Assembly: GCA_009859145.1 (NCBI GenBank)
Contig: VRVR01000010.1
Location: 285,330 to 349,329, forward strand
Source: Andalucia godoyi And28
Lineage: Eukaryota; Protista; Jakobida
DNA length: 64,000 nucleotides
Direction of reading: 5' to 3'
Below are positions 31,901 through 39,682 of the stretch, piece by piece; positions within the stretch are counted from its first letter, which is position 1, and every line of letters starts with the position of its first letter. The notes below the pieces were generated by a model. That model saw only the letters and a list, made by a program, of their open reading frames with translations, was not told the origin of the DNA and did not search any database. A program made the translations under genes and the position numbers.

Positions 31901-32269
31901 GTTGTCGACAAGGATATCGTTGAGTCCTCCCGTGCGTTCTATCTCGTCTCTTACAATGCTCTTCATAATTCTCCTCGACCGACGTACTTTGTTGTGCTTG
32001 TGAACGAAGCCAACATTGGAATACAGGATCTGCAGCGAGTTGCATACAAGCTATCGCATTTACATCCCGGGTGTTCGCGTGCAGTGAAGCTTCCCATGCC
32101 GCTGTACAACGCGCACAAGATTGCCAATCGTGTCGGAGGCATTTACACCCCCGGCCGCGAAGACCTGCACGACGATACCCGCTCCGAGAGTTCAATGACG
32201 TCAACCGACACTGCCGATTCTGTGTTCGGGGTTGCGGAGCAGTTGAAGCACACTGGCTTCTTCCTGTGA
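28985..32269 (+). CDS. AGO: Argonaute/Piwi family protein (1094 aa)
   Basis: VVTNFF N-domain start, PAZ end YLPIEVC, MID RYNSVKALCD...TQLI, PIWI motifs VGIDVYH, RTE, IIRDGLS, PPGTVVD, PTYFVVL, LPMPLYNAH giving a D-E-D-H tetrad. Confidence 0.95.
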   Translation: MQRREYDSHPDDHRRPPRDDRDYDRPRGPPRDDRDYDRPRGPPRDDRDYDRRNERDYDRPRGPPRDDRDYDRPRGPPRDDRDYDRRNDRDYDRPRGPPRDDRDYDRPRGPPRDDRDYDRPRGPPRDDRDYDRRTDRDYDRPRGPPRDDRDYDRPRGPPRDGDRRDFGGRGSGRDFQRQDRGGFNRGGPASAGGLERFTPDETCMISQGPVDVVTNFFKVVIKKGKILRYDIMFFIPADPERDRPNAVPIETLSKGKTAALFEKLRHQHAAVLGFCAFDGSRQIYTTRELPEVLTVDITERRKIDLQFTKVSELSFNSDTIPGEFAGDLHTALELFVRKLVVDSDESGKWETKRSAMLRMADRHRFDGTDIVRIPAFVHRFLFRDAGVFFNVDYRFFFSFQGATLADCLLYYAKSLGARVNVSPPLDSEAAKAAYETGSVDRQRIDALAEIFRNSHENKRLIDVLIKGFKNFLIMPRHSSGKGKAAAPVRIHGIALRETARSKKFELRTRGAENEPGRILSVEEYFSEKYDRKLLHADVLPLVAFKMDSQGGKRRKGGESRSGRTDGGYQYLPIEVCFVLGGSYARPLAGGDRELMTRASSVPVSERLKKIFQHVNLLQTFDVDGGAVQLDIQKTPVQVQGRVLPAPTVLYNTTVQPRNGEWRLQGVPFFKPLRDDLDLLIMMPDDLERDHRRPIDTLNDVARERRMLFKRTIAEFYSKNDTHGECIVEKLRAFAARGHLNPSSTVALIVVPKRDTQRYNSVKALCDVELGLATQLITAERFRMCKAAIFANVLAAINVKAPALRADGMGENQYVDDALITSDTCFVGIDVYHSAVGQSRRSEAGFSASINAHSSQYYSTHRSQTARTEFVASINDMMYEFLEAAHGRLGVKPFSRFVIIRDGLSDSQFGMGLDELQKMRETVQSFYDALHAKDGGAGAAKPCEFVLMIAQKRNPARFAVYENNKYKNCPPGTVVDKDIVESSRAFYLVSYNALHNSPRPTYFVVLVNEANIGIQDLQRVAYKLSHLHPGCSRAVKLPMPLYNAHKIANRVGGIYTPGREDLHDDTRSESSMTSTDTADSVFGVAEQLKHTGFFL
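29016..29470 (+). repeat. Coding tandem repeat, 39-nt/13-aa unit DDRDYDRPRGPPR with shorter RDYDRR(N/T) variants
   Basis: 12 RDYDR cores visible in the translation. Confidence 0.95.
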
Positions 32270-32712
32270 GGCAGTGGCGACAAGAGACAGAGAACCGAAT
32301 CACAGAGATGAGAAAGTCTGCTGTGCGACGCTATGTTCCTCTACATGTTCTCGTTGTTGTCGTGTCTCTTCATTCATTCATTTATTTGGTCACCCGATGG
32401 TCTTCGTGATATGTGTCTAGATGCCCTTGCATCTGTTTACTTTTCCCTTCATTCTGGGGCGTTGTTGCACCTCCTTTGGATTTTTGGTGTAAAAAAAAAG
32501 CTTGATCATGTAGCATCAACTCCGTAGTCTCAAAACCGCAACAAAGGTCAAAATCATTCTTGCCTGCTGTTCCTCTTTTCCTCCAACAATTTATTATGAT
32601 TACGATTCTGTTATTTTAAAAAAATAAAAATAAAATAATAAATAGTAATTATTATTCTTAATATTGGCTTTTTGCTACCGTTGTTATTGTGGTGTTGCTA
32701 GGATATTGTAGG

Positions 32713-34761
32713 ATGTCTGATTCTCTGTGTGTGTCGACGATTCGCTGCTTGTCAGCCGATATGGTGGATGCAGCCAACTCCGGGCATCCCGGTATGCCTC
32801 TCGGCATGGCTCCTGCGGCGCATGTCTTGTTCTCTCGCGGCCACATTTCGTTCGATGCTTCGAATCCGGGGTATCTCAACAGGGACCGGTTTGTGCTTTC
32901 AAACGGACACGGCTGTGCGCTTTTGTACTCCATGCTTCACTTGTGTGGGTACAACGTGACGATGGAGGACCTGAAGAAGTTCCGTCAGCTGGACTCAAAA
33001 ACTCCTGGACATCCAGAGTGTTTTGATACCCCGGGTGTCGAGGTCACCACTGGTCCTCTTGGACAGGGTATTGGAAATGCTGTTGGGATTGCGGCAGCAG
33101 CAGAGAATTTGGGTGCCCGTTTCAAGCTTGCGTCCGGAAAACCCCTTGTCGATCACTATACGTATGTGTTTTGCGGAGACGGGTGCTTGATGGAGGGTGT
33201 CGCCCTCGAAGCGATCTCTCTTGCTGGGCACTTGGGGTTGGGAAAGTTGATCATCTTGTACGATGACAATGGGATCACGATTGATGGATCAACCAAGCTG
33301 TCCTTCACCGAGGACGTGCGCAAGCGAGCAGAAGCGTGCGGCTGGCACACTTCTGTTGTTATGAACGGGGACGAGGATTTGGATGCTATTCATAACGCGA
33401 TTGTGGAAGCAAAGAATGTTTCTGGAAAGCCTTCTCTTATTTCCCTCAAGACGACGATCGGATATGCCTCGCCTCTTGCCGGCCAGCACAAGGTCCATGG
33501 AGCTCCGCTCGGAAAGGACAACACGAAGAAATTGAAGAAGACTCTTGGTTTCGATGAAGAAAAGTCTTTCGTCGTTCCAGAGGAGGTTTATGCAGCTTAC
33601 CGCAAAGTTGCAGAAGCTGGAAAACAGCGAGCTGCAGAGTGGCAGGCGGAGGTACAGAGGACGCTGGATGCGAATTCAGACGGCCTTCAGGATCTGCGGT
33701 CCATTCTGAATCCAAATTGGGAAGCATTGACGAAGCAGGTCGAGGCTGCACTTCCCAAATGGTCAACGAATGACAAGCCCGTGGCGACTCGAAAGGCTTC
33801 TGAGCGCTGTTTGGAATGCATTATGCCGTGCCTGCCGCAAATGGTTGGTGGTTCTGCGGATCTGACGCCTTCCAACTTGACGTTTGTTCCTGGTGCAAAG
33901 GATTTCCAAAAGGAATCGTATGATGGCCGTTACTTCCGCTTTGGAGTTCGTGAACATGCCATGGCTGCGTTTGCCAATGGCGTGTCTGCGTACGGAAACA
34001 ACACACTGATTCCGTACGTGGGAACGTTTCTTAACTTTATCGGGTATGCTCTTGGGTCCGTTCGACTCTCGGCACTGTCCCATCATCATGTTGTGTACGT
34101 TGCAACCCACGATTCCATTGGTCTGGGCGAGGATGGTCCGACGCATCAGCCAATCGAAATCGTTGCTGCCCTTCGTGCCACTCCGAACATGTTGATGTTC
34201 CGTCCTGCAGATGCCAACGAGACCGCGGGTTCCTACTTCCAGGCTGTTATGGTCAACCAGCACTATCCATCCGTATTGGCACTCTCTCGTCAGGAAGTGC
34301 CAATTCTTGAGGGATCGTCTGCTGGAAAAGTTGCTCTTGGTGCGTACGTTTTGAACACATTTGGTGGCGCCGCGGATGCAAAGCCCACCGTGATTTTGGC
34401 AGGAACGGGAACAGAGGTCTCGCTTTGCGTTGACGCTGCAAAAGCGCTTGCTTCAGAAGGTTTTGTTGTTCGTGTTGTTTCAATGCCTTCGTGGGAGTTG
34501 TTCGAGCGACAGTCTCTCGAGTATCGTGGATCTGTTTTCCTTGCCGGCGTGCCTGTCGTTGCTTGCGAAGCTCTTTCCACCTTTGGCTGGTCCAAGTATT
34601 CTCATGCCCAGGTTGGCATGGTCACTTTCGGAGCATCTGGTCCGTTCAAGGACGTCTACAAGAAATTCGGAATCACGGCAGAGAATGTTGCTGCAAAGGC
34701 ACGTCGTGTTGTGGAAGTCTACAAGACGACTGCCCCAGTGTTGGTTCACGCAGACCTGTGA
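32713..34761 (+). CDS. TKT: Transketolase
   Basis: SGHPGMPLG, DRFVLSNGH, TPGHPE, TTGPLGQG, GDGCLMEG, FGVREHAM, THDSIGLGEDGPTHQP. Confidence 0.98.
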   Translation: MSDSLCVSTIRCLSADMVDAANSGHPGMPLGMAPAAHVLFSRGHISFDASNPGYLNRDRFVLSNGHGCALLYSMLHLCGYNVTMEDLKKFRQLDSKTPGHPECFDTPGVEVTTGPLGQGIGNAVGIAAAAENLGARFKLASGKPLVDHYTYVFCGDGCLMEGVALEAISLAGHLGLGKLIILYDDNGITIDGSTKLSFTEDVRKRAEACGWHTSVVMNGDEDLDAIHNAIVEAKNVSGKPSLISLKTTIGYASPLAGQHKVHGAPLGKDNTKKLKKTLGFDEEKSFVVPEEVYAAYRKVAEAGKQRAAEWQAEVQRTLDANSDGLQDLRSILNPNWEALTKQVEAALPKWSTNDKPVATRKASERCLECIMPCLPQMVGGSADLTPSNLTFVPGAKDFQKESYDGRYFRFGVREHAMAAFANGVSAYGNNTLIPYVGTFLNFIGYALGSVRLSALSHHHVVYVATHDSIGLGEDGPTHQPIEIVAALRATPNMLMFRPADANETAGSYFQAVMVNQHYPSVLALSRQEVPILEGSSAGKVALGAYVLNTFGGAADAKPTVILAGTGTEVSLCVDAAKALASEGFVVRVVSMPSWELFERQSLEYRGSVFLAGVPVVACEALSTFGWSKYSHAQVGMVTFGASGPFKDVYKKFGITAENVAAKARRVVEVYKTTAPVLVHADL

Positions 34762-35076
34762 GACCATCTCGTCCGTTCTCTCGCTCGTTTCCAATTTCCT
34801 ACCGTTGCACCTCAATGAAAAGATTTGAACTGTTTTTAAACGCAAATACAAAAGAAGAAAAGGGAATAGCCACTCCACCACACTCTACTCGGCACACCAC
34901 ACACACCCCCCCCGCACAAGCCTTCTTCCTTTCACAGTCAGAATAAGGCATTCCAAAACAACAGGCTCGCAAAAGCTTTTACAAAAATACTAATAATATA
35001 ATAGAAAGAAAACAGAAGACAGAAAACAAAACCAAACCAAAAAAAAAAAAAAAAAGAAGAAACGGATGCATTTGCA

Positions 35077-38000
35077 CTATCGAGATTGATACGTAATGGG
35101 CAGTGGGGACCGATAGCCGCCGTCGGTCAACATGGGCGCACGATGCAACCGAGGTCGGTCCAACCGATCATCGAATCCACCATCGCTGGAGTTCGATGCG
35201 TTGTCGTCGCCCAGTTCCAATCGTTGAATTGTCGAAACGAGAACTTCATCATCTGCAATGCGCTCTAGCCCGTCTTCCAACTTCATTTCAATAAACTGCA
35301 GAGTAGATCGCATTTGATCCACATGCGTGTCCATGTCTTGAATGAAAGCCAAAAGATCCGGATTTTCCGGGGACTCTTGGAGTTTCACTTTCGCATCTTT
35401 TGACGCAACACCGTAAATGCCGTATGTCACTGCAAATGCACGGCGAATCCAAGGACTTGCCCGGTCTGGGTCGTTCAACTCGGCAAGAAACACCGCCAAA
35501 TCAGAATACACTTCACTGGTCTGTGGATGGAAAAACCCTAAATTCTTCTCCACAAACCGAACACCCCTGCTCAGCATGTAGAACTGAATACACACGGAAA
35601 CGAGCTCCTCGTCCGAATGCTCACGAACCAACATTGGATCTGGAGGAGGGTCCTTGCACAGACGGGCAAGCGAAATAATACAAATAGCCTTTTCCAACAG
35701 AGACAACTGCCAGTTTGCAGACAATGCTGCTTGCGCACTCAAAGCATCCAACGTCTGCTTCTGCGGAGCTTGCAAGGAGGACGTTTGCAAAACTTGGTTC
35801 TTCTCACCAACAGACTCCACCGAGGTTGCGCTCGCCCGTCCAAAAACGGCACCGCTGCGTTCTGAGAACTGCAAAGCGCGCTGGAAACAATATACCGCTT
35901 CTTCAGAGAGCTGGTCCTTTGGAATGAAGGCACAGCGATTCCAACGAGAATACTCGGGACGACCAGCCTCTGCATGCCTGGACATGAAATGCTCTCCAGA
36001 TCGAAGATACACCAAGACCTCGACGTCATGGCCAATGTTACCAGGCGGAGCTTCCCGGCATTCCGTCATTACTTGGCGGAACATGGTTGATGCTCGTTCT
36101 CTCTCTGGACCCCCCGTCAAGTGCCACTGACTTCTGGTGCCTTGGGAATCAAGATCCAAACACTCCTGGAGGGATCGGAGCACCGATATCTCTTTTTCAT
36201 TAAGAGGATTCGCGGAGCGCCGAAGTTGAATGATCTTCGCGCTGTCACTGGGAAGCGTTGCCAGCGGAAGACTCGATTTCGTCTTCTGAATCATGATGTC
36301 AAACGACGTGATTGCGAAATCGTCAATAGAAAACGGAGTCTCTTGGGAAAAATCTACATCGCTGTCCTCCATGAACTCGTCCTTGAACAACACACCGCCG
36401 AGTTTGGATAAAATGCACAAAACAACGGAAAACAGGTGCATTTGCTCAAGGGAGGTGCGCTGGATGACTGGGGACTCAGAGGGAAACTTCTTCAACGCCA
36501 AGTCCTGGATGTATTTCCACACATTGATGGAACTCTGGGAAGGAACGCCGCAGAACACGTCGTTGAGATACTTGACAACCAGCGTGGCGATGACTTGGCG
36601 CGCATGATTCGGACCATTGTTAAATATGGCCTCCGGGTTATTGAGGTCGAAAATTACAGAAAGCGCATCTCGAATCAACGTTCGAATGGTCCGAGCAAAA
36701 ATTTCCTGCATCACTAATTGTCGATGATGAGCAAACTGCAGACGATTCACAATCACACCAAGGAACCGCATGTTGATGCCGCGCGAATGCATGGCCAATG
36801 AAAGCTCGTCTGACGAACAAGGATTCACAATGTGCAAGTTCATTTCCTCCACAAACCTAGGAATGACAACTTTCTTCAAGTGTTCGTAGGCTTGGCCGAC
36901 AGTCTTCGGCGTCACATACAGCCGTGGATACGGTGGATCAATCAAAACTTCCTGATCATCCAGCGGCAAATCTCGTTGAGAGATCTTTCGATACACTGTC
37001 ACACCGTGAATCGACAGCGGTTCATAGCCTTCCACCAACTGCGTTTCGTCGCGGTATGCACCGAGAAATTCGGGTCTCAAGAACAAGCCAGCAGCCGGAG
37101 ACGGCCACAGTGCTGCGGCATCAATCAAATGGTACTTTGGACTATCTGCTTTGCCCGTGCTCATGATTCGACTTGCAGAAGGAATCGACAAATGATAGTC
37201 TCTTCCAGTCAGGGCTTCGCGTTCGGCGAAGCACTGGCTTTGCCAGCCGAGCACGCGTCCCACGCGATCCGCAAGATCCAGTCCGCGGGACGTGGTCTGT
37301 ATTTCAAGCTCGTTCGTTGTCAAGCCGTGGAGCAACTGCGCATTCATCGGATCGTACAAGAAAGAACAAACGAATCGCTGTCCACAGCAGTCCACAATGC
37401 ACACGTCGGCGATGTCGACAACTGGATTCGCACTGTTCATTGCGTGTCGAAGAGTTTGAATCGCACGCACTTCAGCAGCAGCCGTTCTGAAGGCCATGTC
37501 TCCGTCTCCTCCACCGATCTTCCAGTGCGCAGCAAGGCGGAACACAACGTTGCGGTGAAGATAAACTTCACCGCCTCGACCGAACGCAGATCGAGCCTGA
37601 AATGCGACGGGCTTCGGAATCGTGCGATCCACAACAATCGCACGAGCACCTTCCCGGGCAATCAGCAAAAGCTGTTCGTGCTTGGACACCGATTGGTATG
37701 GCACCGCCGGATCTGGCTTGGGAAGCGTGACGATGTGAGGATTTCTGGGAATGAAATCAGGGGGGTTCAAAGGCATTCCAAGGGCGTAGAAGTGGAAAAT
37801 GGGTGAAAAATGATCCGGTAAAACGAGCGCATCGTCTGTCAGCAATTTTCCATTTGCACCAAACACTCGCTGCTGATTCACTCCATAGCCAAAATCATTT
37901 GCTATCTGGATCTTGAGTGTCAGCACGGTGCACTCGTCCTTCGGAAGATGGAATCGGTACAGCACTTCTGATGCATCTCGTGGCACTGCTGCCTGCGAAA

Positions 38001-39024
38001 ACTCCGCATCATTCATGAAAACCTGAGCAGGTTGGAATGCCACAAAGATGGATGTCAATTCCGGATTGACCGCGTCAGCCTCGTCTCGCAATCGCGCTTC
38101 CTCAAGCAACGCCCGGCGCTTCTTCTCAACAGCCATTCGCTCAGCATTACGATCCAGCGCTTCTCTGCGGATCGAATACTCGATATCCCGTTCCCATCGC
38201 TCTCTGGCACGTGTGGAGACTTCAATCTCAAATCCGGCATCCATGTATTTGCGCTCGGCAGCGGAAACGGTCGGTTGCGGAGCACTGTCCTCTTCAAATG
38301 GTTCCGGTTCCGGTTCCGGTTGTGGTTGTGGTTGCGATTCCGGCGTCGGCTTAGACTGCGGTTGCGGTTGCGAAGCGGATTCTGCCGCAATTGCAGCCTG
38401 GGAAGTCGGTTCAGAAGTTGGCTGCGCAGCTGGAGCACACTGCGGGGTTGAAGCTGGCTCGGGGATTGGTTCAGTTGCCTGTGCTGACGTTGTACTGGAG
38501 GACGCGACTTTTGCATCATTATCATTTCTATCAACTGCCGCCGTGTTTGAGCTCGCGGTTGCACCAGCATTTGCATTCGACGACGCCACACCAGGTCCCG
38601 AGACCTCACTTTTCACGTCCACGTCCTGGTCCTTGTTACTGTTATTGCTGCAGGAAATTTCCTCGTGCGTCTCCGGTTGCTTCTTTTCGGGTCCATTTTC
38701 CCTCACTTCATCGGCAGGTGCCGATGGCTGTGGATCAGAAGGAGGCGCAACGGGCGCAACTTGCGCACCAGAATATGACGCGTTGTTATTGTTATTGTTA
38801 TTGTTATTGTTATTGTTGTTATTATTGTTGCTGCTGCTGGTTGTATCATTCACAGGACTTGAAGAGCCGGAAGGCCCCTTTTGCTGCTGTTGCTGTTGCT
38901 GAGCCTTCTGCGATCCATCAGCCGTGGCATTGTCCGCTTGCTGCTGTTGCTGCTCTGCAGCAATCCACTGCTCATCAGGCTGTTCGTTCTGTGCCTTTTT
39001 CTTCTTGGACGCACCGCACCCCAT
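35077..39024 (-). CDS. CLU (clustered mitochondria)-domain protein with C-terminal TPR-like segment and MGC N-terminus
   Basis: GGEVYLHRNVVF, AAAEVRAI, IVDCCGQRFVCS, AMHSRGINMRFLG, LGFFHPQTSEVYSDLA; low-complexity Q/N/PQPE N-terminal region. Confidence 0.75.
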   Translation of the reverse strand: MGCGASKKKKAQNEQPDEQWIAAEQQQQQADNATADGSQKAQQQQQQQKGPSGSSSPVNDTTSSSNNNNNNNNNNNNNNNNASYSGAQVAPVAPPSDPQPSAPADEVRENGPEKKQPETHEEISCSNNSNKDQDVDVKSEVSGPGVASSNANAGATASSNTAAVDRNDNDAKVASSSTTSAQATEPIPEPASTPQCAPAAQPTSEPTSQAAIAAESASQPQPQSKPTPESQPQPQPEPEPEPFEEDSAPQPTVSAAERKYMDAGFEIEVSTRARERWERDIEYSIRREALDRNAERMAVEKKRRALLEEARLRDEADAVNPELTSIFVAFQPAQVFMNDAEFSQAAVPRDASEVLYRFHLPKDECTVLTLKIQIANDFGYGVNQQRVFGANGKLLTDDALVLPDHFSPIFHFYALGMPLNPPDFIPRNPHIVTLPKPDPAVPYQSVSKHEQLLLIAREGARAIVVDRTIPKPVAFQARSAFGRGGEVYLHRNVVFRLAAHWKIGGGDGDMAFRTAAAEVRAIQTLRHAMNSANPVVDIADVCIVDCCGQRFVCSFLYDPMNAQLLHGLTTNELEIQTTSRGLDLADRVGRVLGWQSQCFAEREALTGRDYHLSIPSASRIMSTGKADSPKYHLIDAAALWPSPAAGLFLRPEFLGAYRDETQLVEGYEPLSIHGVTVYRKISQRDLPLDDQEVLIDPPYPRLYVTPKTVGQAYEHLKKVVIPRFVEEMNLHIVNPCSSDELSLAMHSRGINMRFLGVIVNRLQFAHHRQLVMQEIFARTIRTLIRDALSVIFDLNNPEAIFNNGPNHARQVIATLVVKYLNDVFCGVPSQSSINVWKYIQDLALKKFPSESPVIQRTSLEQMHLFSVVLCILSKLGGVLFKDEFMEDSDVDFSQETPFSIDDFAITSFDIMIQKTKSSLPLATLPSDSAKIIQLRRSANPLNEKEISVLRSLQECLDLDSQGTRSQWHLTGGPERERASTMFRQVMTECREAPPGNIGHDVEVLVYLRSGEHFMSRHAEAGRPEYSRWNRCAFIPKDQLSEEAVYCFQRALQFSERSGAVFGRASATSVESVGEKNQVLQTSSLQAPQKQTLDALSAQAALSANWQLSLLEKAICIISLARLCKDPPPDPMLVREHSDEELVSVCIQFYMLSRGVRFVEKNLGFFHPQTSEVYSDLAVFLAELNDPDRASPWIRRAFAVTYGIYGVASKDAKVKLQESPENPDLLAFIQDMDTHVDQMRSTLQFIEMKLEDGLERIADDEVLVSTIQRLELGDDNASNSSDGGFDDRLDRPRLHRAPMLTDGGYRSPLPITYQSR

Positions 39025-39682
39025 CCCTACCTTTCTAAACAGCAAGTACAAACCGCCAAAAACAAAAACAAACTCCCCCTCTCCCGAAAGAAAAATAATT
39101 TAATAAAATAACTAATTAAAAAAAAATAATAATAACCAACTGCTACGCTACAAACAAAAGAAGACTAGACTGAAAACCCAACTTGGTTTGAAAAAACAAT
39201 GTCGGATGCAACAAAGAACAGATCAAAGAAAGAGAATGAAGAAACGGAAACAAAACGAAGAATCCAAGAAGAGCAGGATGCAAAAGGGATCAGCAAACGA
39301 ACAGCAGAATTTCACGGGTCAGAAATGGATTCAGGTTAGGTTTCGGTGAGAGGTTGGTTGGGACTCTTTGGTGGGGTGGGGAAGGTCGTGTGTGTGTGTG
39401 TGTGTGTGGTGTACAGTCGCTGTGGCAGTGCCTTCGAGTAATTGAGGACTTGAGACGTGAGAGTCGAAAGTCGAGAGTTGAGAGTTGAGAGTTGAGACTG
39501 CGGATCTTTTCTCTTTCTGTATGAGTGCTTTGTGTGTGTTGTCTGGGTTGGTGTGGAATCCGTACGTGAAAACGGTTCGGGAGGGGAAAATATGCAAACG
39601 GCCGGCTTTGGTGCTTTTTGGAGGTTTTGATACGGGGTACAGGGAGGGGATTACGGTTTGCAAAGGTTTCCTTTGGGAGGGG

